From IMG/VR virus record IMGVR_UViG_3300025598_001701: a DNA stretch of 64,000 nucleotides, one strand, 5' to 3'. This document shows positions 48,182-57,009 of the stretch, piece after piece. The translations under genes and the position numbers were made by a program. The notes beneath the pieces are model-generated. The model searched no databases and had not been told where the DNA came from. It saw only the letters and a program-made list of their open reading frames with translations. This stretch comes from an uncultured virus (IMG/VR IMGVR_UViG_3300025598_001701). Taxonomy: Duplodnaviria > Heunggongvirae > Uroviricota > Caudoviricetes. Numbering within the stretch: the first letter of the stretch is position 1; each line of letters opens with the position of its first letter.

Positions 48182-50227
48182 TTACTTTGTGTTGGTGCGA
48201 TACACGGTATCCCAACCTTCGCCAGGTGGATTAGCAGCCATCTCGCTGCAGCGTTCAATCCACATATCATAATATCCATCCATTTGACCATCAAATGAAC
48301 CTATAAGTGCTTTACACGCAGCAGCAGCAGTCTTGAACTTTTGTGAACGATAATCATCCATCATGTTAAGATGACGAATTTTATCAGCGGCATATTGATA
48401 AGCGTTGCTACGTATTTCTAATACTGTATGAATATTAACACCTTCTTTTTTACCTTTGACTGCAATACAATCTAGTGGTAATGTAAAATATTCATTTTTT
48501 ACGTATTCATTAGTCTTATCGCCAATTACCATGGCAACATGATATGGCTTACTTTGACCTTCTAGACGTGATGCCAAATTAACGCCGTCGCCAAGACAAG
48601 TGTAATCAAACCGCTGACTACTGCCCATGTTGCCAACCACCACAGTAGCAGTGTTAATACCAAGTCCCATACCGAAAGGTGGAACACCCTCGGTAGCAAC
48701 TTCTCTATTAAATGCATCTAAACTTCCTAACATTTCTAGTGCTGTTTTTACAGCGTTCTTGGCATGGTCAGCGTCATCAAGTGGTGCATTCCAAAAAGCC
48801 ATTTGTGCATCACCAATATATTTGTCAAGAGTTCCGCCATTTTCTAATATCTTTGCTGTCATCGCTGTCATATAGCGATTCATGATTTTGGTAAGCCCTT
48901 GAACATCAGCACCATAATGCTCACTAATACTAGTGAATCCACGAACGTCAGTAAAGATAATTGAAAGTTCACGACTTTCTCCTCCAAGTTGTAATAATTC
49001 TGGATTTTTTTGTAGCTTCTCAACCATTGCTGGCGATAGATAAGTTCCAAATTGTTTCTTAATTTGTTGCTTTTGTAAAAACTCACTAACAAACTTTACG
49101 CCGTAGGCATGCAGAGCGACCAGAACCAATCCCCCCACAATTGCGGTTGCGTCCCATAACTGTAAAGCGTTATTAAACATATAGAAACTGCCAGCAACAC
49201 TGCCGCCAACCAATACAATAACCGACCCAAGTCCAACATATACCCACCTTGTTAAGAACAATAGCAGCAATCCACCAAGCACAAGTGCTAGTAATTCTGC
49301 ACCTTCTGCATAATCTGGTCTAGAAATATTAACTTTATTTGCAAGCGTTGCAATAATCTTTGCTTGAATATCTTGTGGATACACGGCACCAATAGCAGTA
49401 GGCACAGGGTTAGCAATACCAGCAGCCGATGTGCCAACAATAACTACTGCACCATCAAAGTTTTTAGGCATATCCATTAAACTTACACGATGATGTTGTT
49501 GACTTAAATCAATCCATACACGACCAAGCTGATCTGTTGTGAATATAGATTTACCCATACCCATTTTGTCAATGCCAATTTCACTTAACTTAACCTTGAA
49601 ATTTTTTTCTTGCATCAAAACACGCAGTGTTTCAATACCAATAGTAGGATAAAGTTTGTTACCACTACCAACCAATAGCGGAATACGACGATTCACACCA
49701 TCTATTTCAGGAAATACATTAGTAGTTCCTACACCAACAGCGGTGTTTTCTAGTTCTGGAATATTAGCAATAATACCAGGATAGTTATAGATTCTGTCAA
49801 TGAAATTACTATTGACAATAGCAGCACCATTTGCACGTGGTGTATTTTTATTCACGCTGCTTGGAATGTTGGAAAGTATGGTAGGATATTGTTTTAATGT
49901 ATCTGCCAACACAGCATCGCCTCCTTGACGATCTGCTTCTGGCATCAACACAGTCCATACGACAAGACTTGCGCCACGATTATAAATGTCTTTAATTATA
50001 TCCGCATATATTGTTCTATTAAACGGCCACTGACCATATTTGTCAAGTGCTGCTTCATCAATATTAACTGTATAAATTGGATTTTCTGTTGGTGTTTTAT
50101 TTGTGATAAGTGTATCAAAATATCTTAACTTAATACTTTCAACAAAAGTAGGATTATAAAACTTTACAGCAGCAACAATTACTAATGTGATGAGTGCGGT
50201 CCATGGTGATAATAGAATTTTTTTCAT
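48182..50227 (-). CDS. CHASE2-sensor class III adenylate cyclase
   Basis: IDE.AL.KYGQWP..R CHASE2, three TM helices, FTDVRGFT, DKYIGDA, GDGVNLASRLEG. Confidence 0.92.
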   Translation of the reverse strand: MKKILLSPWTALITLVIVAAVKFYNPTFVESIKLRYFDTLITNKTPTENPIYTVNIDEAALDKYGQWPFNRTIYADIIKDIYNRGASLVVWTVLMPEADRQGGDAVLADTLKQYPTILSNIPSSVNKNTPRANGAAIVNSNFIDRIYNYPGIIANIPELENTAVGVGTTNVFPEIDGVNRRIPLLVGSGNKLYPTIGIETLRVLMQEKNFKVKLSEIGIDKMGMGKSIFTTDQLGRVWIDLSQQHHRVSLMDMPKNFDGAVVIVGTSAAGIANPVPTAIGAVYPQDIQAKIIATLANKVNISRPDYAEGAELLALVLGGLLLLFLTRWVYVGLGSVIVLVGGSVAGSFYMFNNALQLWDATAIVGGLVLVALHAYGVKFVSEFLQKQQIKKQFGTYLSPAMVEKLQKNPELLQLGGESRELSIIFTDVRGFTSISEHYGADVQGLTKIMNRYMTAMTAKILENGGTLDKYIGDAQMAFWNAPLDDADHAKNAVKTALEMLGSLDAFNREVATEGVPPFGMGLGINTATVVVGNMGSSQRFDYTCLGDGVNLASRLEGQSKPYHVAMVIGDKTNEYVKNEYFTLPLDCIAVKGKKEGVNIHTVLEIRSNAYQYAADKIRHLNMMDDYRSQKFKTAAAACKALIGSFDGQMDGYYDMWIERCSEMAANPPGEGWDTVYRTNTK

Positions 50228-50244
50228 GGATATATTTAATCAAG

Positions 50245-50275
50245 AAAAAACCCCGTAAATTTCTTTACGGGGTTT
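50245..50275 (-). terminator. Rho-independent terminator
   Basis: AAACCCCGTAAA-loop-TTTACGGGGTTTTTT. Confidence 0.8.
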
Positions 50276-50339
50276 AGTATACTCAAAGATTAAAAAGTTT
50301 TTCCATTGGTTGACGAAGTTCAATTTTTACATCGTCTTC

Positions 50340-51383
50340 TTAGTCATCATCTAAACTTGATTTGTTTGATTTTTCTTTTTCAAGATTTTTCTGATCTTTA
50401 TCAAACCGTGCAGTCAGCTTTTTCAAAGTAATAATCTTTCTGTATGCAGGATAGTTTTCTTTATCCTGATTAAGGTATGAAAGAAATTCTTTTGCAAGAC
50501 CCATTGCGACACTATAATCTTGATTATGTTCAATTTGTCCACCGTCTCGCTTCCACTTTAATTGAGACTGTGGTGTTCCAACTGCTTTCCAAGACAAAAA
50601 TTCTTGTAAAGTTTTTTTCAAACCACCACTTTGTGCCTCTGGATAAACTTGTAGGAAATAAATTAATCCAGTAAACAAATCGCCCAAGATGCTATATTTT
50701 TCATCATCTTTCTTCTGAGTCCAAGCATTGCAAATCAAGTCACGAACCGTGCGCATCAATTTCTTATCATTATTTGCTTTTTGTAATCCTTTAGTAATAA
50801 TCATATATTTTACTTCTGGATTACCAAATTCTTTTGAACCAACGGAAAAATTGGTTTTACCTTGGATAAAACAATCCAAATAGTTTAACAAATCAACCTG
50901 CGCATCAGTGGTGCTATCACCACTATAAACAGCATTTACAAAGATAGTTTCTTTATCTAAATTACGACGACCACGATCTTGATTGTATGCAAAGTAATAT
51001 GCTGCTCTATCTTTTGGAATATTGTATACCAAACAAGGCAATTTATGTGGCGCACCATTGATTTGTGCTAGTGCTAAACGACCACAACCATCAAATACAT
51101 AATTTTTATTGTCATTGGGGTCTCGTGCTACGCTTAATGCGCCAGCAGCAAGAATATCATACCCTTTGATATCCTTTAGGCGGTCAGCAACCCATTTGCC
51201 ACTTGTTTCACGTTGTGTTTCCAATGGCACCAAGTCTTGAATATCAATCATCTCAAGGGCAATGGTAATATTGGCATTAAGAATTTGCCCACGAATTTTA
51301 TCTTTTTCTACGCTTTTAACGATATCATCTACATTTCCACGAAACATAGAATGCACTTGTATTTTTTCGTTGAGTTTAATCAT
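50340..51383 (-). CDS. ParB/Srx-like domain protein
   Basis: QR ... VFDGCGRL; start at MIKLN after AGGAG. Confidence 0.55.
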   Translation of the reverse strand: MIKLNEKIQVHSMFRGNVDDIVKSVEKDKIRGQILNANITIALEMIDIQDLVPLETQRETSGKWVADRLKDIKGYDILAAGALSVARDPNDNKNYVFDGCGRLALAQINGAPHKLPCLVYNIPKDRAAYYFAYNQDRGRRNLDKETIFVNAVYSGDSTTDAQVDLLNYLDCFIQGKTNFSVGSKEFGNPEVKYMIITKGLQKANNDKKLMRTVRDLICNAWTQKKDDEKYSILGDLFTGLIYFLQVYPEAQSGGLKKTLQEFLSWKAVGTPQSQLKWKRDGGQIEHNQDYSVAMGLAKEFLSYLNQDKENYPAYRKIITLKKLTARFDKDQKNLEKEKSNKSSLDDD

Positions 51384-51472
51384 TTTTTTTCTCCTTAAGT
51401 TAAACTTAAACAAACAATGCGTTATACGCATTGTTATAATAACAAAAAGAGAACCTAAAAGCAATATTAATT

Positions 51473-52357
51473 TTAAGAAATTTTAAATGCGATATAATTT
51501 ACTATTTCACTGGCAATATCAAGACTACAATACTTTTCAAAGCCTTCAAAACCTGGCGCACTGTTTGCTTCGCAGACTTTATAGCCATCTTTATCAAATA
51601 GTAAGTCAATACCCGCAATGTCTAGTCCAAGACATTTTGCGGTTTCACGGCATAACAAGTCTATTTCATCACTTATTGGAAACGGTTCGCCAGTTCCACC
51701 ACCTGTTATATTTGCACGGAAATCACCTTCGGGACCAATACGCTTCATTGCACCAACACATTTGCCTCCAATTACCCATACACGTAAATCTGTGCCAACT
51801 GCAGCATCAATAAATTCTTGAACAATCATAGTTTTCTTTACACCAAGATTATCAACTAGGTCCATTAAATTTACAAAGTGTTCTTTAGTTGGGCAAAGAT
51901 GCACACCTTTACCATGTGAACCTTGTAAAACCTTTACAACACATGGAAAACCAATTTCTTGTTCAACAGTTGAAATATGCACAGGAAACTTAACTAACAT
52001 GGTTTTTGGTGTTGGAATATTATTTGCAACTAATATTTGGTGCGCAAGAAGTTTATCACGCACGTTGTTGATAGCATCGCTACTGTTTATAGTTTGGACA
52101 TTATACTTTTCAAGATGTCGCATAACTGCACTGCTAAAATAATTCGTACCAGCACCTGTTCTCGTCAACACAAGTTTAGGCATTGCAATAAGATTGCCTT
52201 GGTAGCGAATACTTTTATTCTTGCTACGGTTTACTATGATATCAAAATTATCGGGATGCATAAGACCTGCCTCAATACCCTTGGCATTAAATGCCGCAAG
52301 CAAACGAGTATTCTCATAGCTATCACGATGCTGACTTAAAATCCACACTGTGCTCAT
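51473..52357 (-). CDS. RimK-family ATP-grasp ligase
   Basis: DKL...Q.L, P.T, GS.GKGV, QEFI, D.RV, FRAN...GG, EANS.PG. Confidence 0.9.
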   Translation of the reverse strand: MSTVWILSQHRDSYENTRLLAAFNAKGIEAGLMHPDNFDIIVNRSKNKSIRYQGNLIAMPKLVLTRTGAGTNYFSSAVMRHLEKYNVQTINSSDAINNVRDKLLAHQILVANNIPTPKTMLVKFPVHISTVEQEIGFPCVVKVLQGSHGKGVHLCPTKEHFVNLMDLVDNLGVKKTMIVQEFIDAAVGTDLRVWVIGGKCVGAMKRIGPEGDFRANITGGGTGEPFPISDEIDLLCRETAKCLGLDIAGIDLLFDKDGYKVCEANSAPGFEGFEKYCSLDIASEIVNYIAFKIS

Positions 52358-52372
52358 GCCATTAGTTATATT

Positions 52373-53377
52373 TTAGTTGATCTGTCGTAAATTATTCACA
52401 AAACTATCAGTACACTTTTGCCAAGTGTAATATTTGCTTATGTTGTATACATATTTACGATTGCAAGTGAGTGCATATTCAACAGCGGTTTGTAAATCAT
52501 CATCTATATAACCGTTTACTCCATCCAAAACAATATCAGTTGGTCCCGTGACAGGATATGCAGCAATAGGAGTTCCACACGCCATAGCTTCTAACATTAC
52601 TACACCAAAAGTATCAGTTTTACTTGGAAATACAAACACATCAGCATTAGCATAGTAATGCGCTAATGCGCTGCCACTTTTATAACCCATAAACTTTACA
52701 TCGTTATATTTCTTTTTAAGTTCTGCCAAATAAGGTCCATCACCAACTAGCACTTTAGTGCCGCTTGTTTTAAGATTACAAAAATCATCTAAACCTTTTT
52801 CAATACTTGCACGACTTACACAAAGCAATATAGGTCGTGGTAAATTTACATTACCAAGTGATGCTTTTGGATTAAAAATTTGCGGATCAACACCACGATT
52901 CCACACAGCCAATCGTTCAAACCCACGGTCTTGTAATTCGCGCATCATGGTTTCATTTGTTACCAGTACTTTTGTAGAGAACTTATGAAACCAACGAATA
53001 AACCAATATCCCCAATCTACAGGAACACCAAAATATTTGTTAAAGTATTCTGGAAATTTTGTATGGTAACTTGTGTTGTGTGGAATGCTGCGCTTTTCTA
53101 CTTTACAATACCAACGAGCAGCAAAGCCAAGTGGACCTTCTGTTGCAATATGGATAGCATCTGGCTTAAATGATTCTATCATAGGACCAACACGCCAAAT
53201 GTTCCATGACAATCTAATTTCTTTATAACCTGGTGCTGGCACAGTTTTGAATTGACTTGGTTCAATAACTTGAACTATATGACCACGATTCTCTAATTCT
53301 TTTACAGTATTGACAAGGGTAGTTACGACGCCATTGACGCTTGGTGTGTATGTATCGGTGACTAATGTAATTTTCAA
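52373..53377 (-). CDS. GT4 glycosyltransferase, Agt-like glycolipid synthase
   Basis: VTD...P.VNGVV.TL, HIATEGPLG, SYHTKFPEY, FPSKTDTFG..MLEA. Confidence 0.85.
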   Translation of the reverse strand: MKITLVTDTYTPSVNGVVTTLVNTVKELENRGHIVQVIEPSQFKTVPAPGYKEIRLSWNIWRVGPMIESFKPDAIHIATEGPLGFAARWYCKVEKRSIPHNTSYHTKFPEYFNKYFGVPVDWGYWFIRWFHKFSTKVLVTNETMMRELQDRGFERLAVWNRGVDPQIFNPKASLGNVNLPRPILLCVSRASIEKGLDDFCNLKTSGTKVLVGDGPYLAELKKKYNDVKFMGYKSGSALAHYYANADVFVFPSKTDTFGVVMLEAMACGTPIAAYPVTGPTDIVLDGVNGYIDDDLQTAVEYALTCNRKYVYNISKYYTWQKCTDSFVNNLRQIN

Positions 53378-54111
53378 GTTAAATCCTTTAATTTACAATT
53401 ATCAAAGTGCCATCTAAACATACTACCAGCCCCTCCTAATTTTTTACAATGCGGACATTCTATTTTTTGTTGTGTTTTATTTTTTAAAGCAAGTGATCGT
53501 TTTTTAAGATGCTCTTCTGATTGCTTGCCTGTTTTTTTACCTTTATTCCATATTTTTCTTGTTAATTTTCTTTTTTCATATTCTTCTGCCGTATATTTGC
53601 GACCTTTTCTTGTTTTATATATTTCTGCTTTTTCTTCTTCGTTCCAATTTCTTTTTAAACCATATGATACATGAACTACTTCTTTTGATATCCATCGTGG
53701 GTCATCTTTTGTAATATGAAATATATTCCCTTCTCTGTCTTTTACTGTTATTTTTCCCTTATTAATAGTTCTAGTTTTAAATTCATTGTATTGTTTTTTA
53801 TTATATTTTTTAGATAAAGCATATTGCCAAGACGAAATAATTCGTTTATTATTTTTATTTGTGGTGCTCATACTATTAAATGCAAATAACATTTTCATAT
53901 TATTTTTGCCATCTGTCATTTTTATTAATAACCAGTGACACAAAAAATGTTCTCTATAACTTAAATTAACTAAATTATTTTTACTATTATTTCCACCAAG
54001 CGATTTCGGTATGATATGGTGTTTTTCAACGTCATCATTTAAAATTTTTCTATTTTTAGCATTATTAATAATTGTGTAATACCAATTTGTATATTTGTTT
54101 TCAATAAACAT
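53374..54111 (-). CDS. HNH homing endonuclease
   Basis: EKHHIIPKSLGG.N...NLV.L..REHF.CH; WNKG and C-terminal CPHC...HF.NC. Confidence 0.85.
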   Translation of the reverse strand: MFIENKYTNWYYTIINNAKNRKILNDDVEKHHIIPKSLGGNNSKNNLVNLSYREHFLCHWLLIKMTDGKNNMKMLFAFNSMSTTNKNNKRIISSWQYALSKKYNKKQYNEFKTRTINKGKITVKDREGNIFHITKDDPRWISKEVVHVSYGLKRNWNEEEKAEIYKTRKGRKYTAEEYEKRKLTRKIWNKGKKTGKQSEEHLKKRSLALKNKTQQKIECPHCKKLGGAGSMFRWHFDNCKLKDLT

Positions 54112-54139
54112 TTTTCTTCCTATGTTTATTTATACAAAA

Positions 54140-54889
54140 TTAGTAATTAACGCTATTCGCATGAGAGTATTTAATAATAAACCACTTGCCTTCATAGGTT
54201 TCAACAAGTGCAGTGCAGCTTTCTACCCAATCACCACAGTTCATATATTTTACATCACCAATATCACGAATATTTGCGTGATGAATATGTCCGCATATAA
54301 TTCCATTTGCTCCACGAGACTTGGCAAATTTAGCTAGGTTTTCTTCAAAGTCACCTATAAAGTTTACGGCTTGTTTAACTTTATACTTTGCCCACGCACT
54401 CAAACTCCAATATGGCATATTAAACCAATTGCGAACTTTTGCTATTACAACATTTAATCCAATAGTAAAATCATATGCCCAACTACCAATATGTGATAAC
54501 CATTTCATATTCTTTACTACAACATCAAATTGGTCACCGTGCATTACCATATAGCTTTTACCATCTAATCCACGATGTGTAATATGGTCAGTTAGCACAA
54601 TGTTACCAAATTGATGGTCACCAAAGCTACGCATAAATTCATCGTGATTGCCTGGTAGATATGTAACTAATGTGCCTTTGCGCGCCATACGCATAATCTT
54701 TTGTATAACATCATTGTGTTCTTGTGGCCAGTAAAATGATTTGCTCATTGCCCAACCATCAATTATATCGCCTACAAGATAAAGACGTTCACATTCAAAA
54801 GTTTTAATAAATTCAAGCAGAGCCTGTGGCTGGCTCATTTTTGTGCCCAAGTGGAGATCACTGATACAGACTGTTCTGTAATAATTCAT
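54140..54889 (-). CDS. PlcP-like metallophosphoesterase (LpxH/calcineurin-like family)
   Basis: SDLHLG, GDIIDGW, GNHDE, HGDQFD, YWSLS, GHIH, GDWVESCTALVE. Confidence 0.85.
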   Translation of the reverse strand: MNYYRTVCISDLHLGTKMSQPQALLEFIKTFECERLYLVGDIIDGWAMSKSFYWPQEHNDVIQKIMRMARKGTLVTYLPGNHDEFMRSFGDHQFGNIVLTDHITHRGLDGKSYMVMHGDQFDVVVKNMKWLSHIGSWAYDFTIGLNVVIAKVRNWFNMPYWSLSAWAKYKVKQAVNFIGDFEENLAKFAKSRGANGIICGHIHHANIRDIGDVKYMNCGDWVESCTALVETYEGKWFIIKYSHANSVNY

Positions 54890-54907
54890 ACGTCAATATT
54901 TAGGAGT

Positions 54908-55041
54908 AGGTGCGGGTAGGATTTATACCTACAATTTGATGGTATTCACAGGCGACAGGTTTAACAGACCCTTGCTTTCCAGTTTTCAATATTTCCATCA
55001 TACCGATACTCGTTTACGTGTCCTTTCCACGCCGCCGCACC
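54908..55041 (-). ncRNA. tRNA-shaped ncRNA with large central domain
   Basis: GGTGCGG/CCGCACC acceptor, CGTG/CACG D-like arm, GTAGG-TATAAAT-CCTAC T-like arm. Confidence 0.7.
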
Positions 55042-55051
55042 TAACTCTTAC

Positions 55052-55285
55052 TTAACCTTGACTAACAAAGTCATTTAGAATCTTGGCTTTCTCAACAATC
55101 TGTTCCATTGTATAAATTGGTGGAAGTTCTGGTGTTACAGGAACACTACCACCTTGTGACATTTGCACAGCAACTTGATTGCTCCAATCTGTGCGAATCA
55201 TATCACATTTTGTATGGTATTCTGTGTTAAGTGCGTCTTGTGCCATTTTAAGCATTTCAAGACGAATCATATAGGCGTTTGACAT
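55052..55285 (-). CDS. Hypothetical phage protein
   Basis: Y.IRLE.LKMA...A..L..FV; AGGAG RBS. Confidence 0.65.
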   Translation of the reverse strand: MSNAYMIRLEMLKMAQDALNTEYHTKCDMIRTDWSNQVAVQMSQGGSVPVTPELPPIYTMEQIVEKAKILNDFVSQG

Positions 55286-55351
55286 TATATTCTCCTTTGT
55301 GTGTTTGTGTGTAATGTCTGTATACTGTTGTATACTAAAATACTTATTCTG

Positions 55352-55882
55352 TTAATGTTTAGTATAAGAATAACCGCTACAATTGCCCGTATAACACTGT
55401 ATGCTCATGCTGCCACTATCTGGTGTTGTTGGGTTGTCTTGCACAACAGTTGCGCCTATATTGCTACCACTTAATTTAAGAATAAAAGATTTATCAGCAT
55501 CGCCGCTTTGGGTAATTGATGCAGTATTATTGCTGTTAGACGTAGTGGGGTCCAAATTAATGCTAGCTGTATGATTGCCACCGCCAGTTTGTAATATAGT
55601 AAAATTATTACTGCTGTTATTTTGTGAGTTACTATTAGTGATATAAGTCCCATCGCTGTTTTTTCCCACTGGTGGTGTGCCAATAAAAGCAGCATGGTCA
55701 CCGCTGCCATTTTGAACAACTGTTGTGGTATTGTTACTACCATTATTCAACAATATTGCTTCACTATTTCCACTGCTTGTTTGTTCAACAAATGTGTTGT
55801 TATTATCACCTACTTGGTCAATGTAAACACTGCCAGCATAACAAGGTGTAGAAAATAAGATTGCTAATAATAACTGCTTCAT
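55352..55882 (-). CDS. Curlin-like repeat protein (CsgB-like)
   Basis: Signal peptide; repeated I.Q.G..N units; C-terminal Cys pair. Confidence 0.65.
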   Translation of the reverse strand: MKQLLLAILFSTPCYAGSVYIDQVGDNNNTFVEQTSSGNSEAILLNNGSNNTTTVVQNGSGDHAAFIGTPPVGKNSDGTYITNSNSQNNSSNNFTILQTGGGNHTASINLDPTTSNSNNTASITQSGDADKSFILKLSGSNIGATVVQDNPTTPDSGSMSIQCYTGNCSGYSYTKH

Positions 55883-57009
55883 TGTGTCTGCACTATTTTT
55901 ATGGTTGAGCCACCTTGATGTTGCACATCCTGTTGTAGACTTGTACCTTCTTGTGTAAGAATCAAACTAGTTGGTTGATCTTTATCTACTGTAACTTGCA
56001 TATAACTGTTGGTGCCGTATCTATAAAGAGTTAATTGGTTATCAATTAAGTAATAATATAAACCTGCTTGCTTATTTTTATCATAATTTGGCAGCATTTG
56101 GTTTTGTCCACCTAACATACTTTGTAGCAGTGCTGCATTTGCAAGGTCCAACATATTAGCCAAAAATTGTGCATCAAGTGCATTACGATCTAATTTGTTG
56201 AACACAGTCAAGTAATTCATATTCAACTCGTCAAAAGCTAAAAAGTCTTTATCTAAAAAGTTGATATCAAGTGCGGTGCGAACAACTGTTTGTTCTTCTT
56301 TATCTTCTTTTGGTTTTACCAAAATCAACATATTATTAATTTGTGCTTCAGTAAGTGCCAATATAACAGGTTTCATAGGATTTTGTTCTTTAGCAGAAGT
56401 AATTGTGCTTTGAAACGGTTTATCTAAATGCACAGTTCCCATATCTGTGGTAACATCAATTTTTCCAGTTACACAATCTTTTTCAATATTTTTATATCCT
56501 ACAGGACAGCTTGGTAACAAAATAACTAAACTACGACCAATTTCATCAACGGTCATACTAAAATCTGTTCCACGCACACCAATAGTTGCAGTTGGTGTTT
56601 CAATTTTAACACTTTGTGGATTTTCTTTTGCTATTTGACCACTTGCATATCGTGCTGTTCCAATAGCAACCTTTAACCCAAGTTTACTAGCATCTGCATT
56701 TTTTGGATCATACACAAAGTCATCAATTACGAGTTTACTTTGTTCAGTAATTTCAACTTTTGTTGAATCTTCAAACGTAATACCAACACGTGCTTTAGCT
56801 GTTACAACGGCATCGTTTTGTTCAACGCCAGTGTTTACAGCACTAGGTATGCTTTCTTTATCACGCTGTATTTCAGTTGGACCAGTTTGTTCTGTAACTG
56901 TGCCAATAGCTGCTTTAGTTTCCGCTGGTAACGCTAATGTTATTATTAGAACCAGTGCTGTGGACACTAACGTTGCTATCGATTGTACCAGTTTGTGTGA
57001 CTGCGACAT
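55879..57009 (-). CDS. FecR-domain exported protein
   Basis: F.D.T......S.L.ID, ETPTATIGVRGTDF; start at ATG 57009 or GTG 56967. Confidence 0.85.
   Translation of the reverse strand: MSQSHKLVQSIATLVSTALVLIITLALPAETKAAIGTVTEQTGPTEIQRDKESIPSAVNTGVEQNDAVVTAKARVGITFEDSTKVEITEQSKLVIDDFVYDPKNADASKLGLKVAIGTARYASGQIAKENPQSVKIETPTATIGVRGTDFSMTVDEIGRSLVILLPSCPVGYKNIEKDCVTGKIDVTTDMGTVHLDKPFQSTITSAKEQNPMKPVILALTEAQINNMLILVKPKEDKEEQTVVRTALDINFLDKDFLAFDELNMNYLTVFNKLDRNALDAQFLANMLDLANAALLQSMLGGQNQMLPNYDKNKQAGLYYYLIDNQLTLYRYGTNSYMQVTVDKDQPTSLILTQEGTSLQQDVQHQGGSTIKIVQTQ

Noticed and set aside
53374..54140. HNH as part of a self-splicing intron
   Set aside because: The ORF fills the interval, leaving no space for a ribozyme
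54908..55041. tmRNA or ordinary tRNA-Asn
   Set aside because: Too short for tmRNA, no G3-U70 pair or tag ORF; the anticodon-like loop is not at the canonical position
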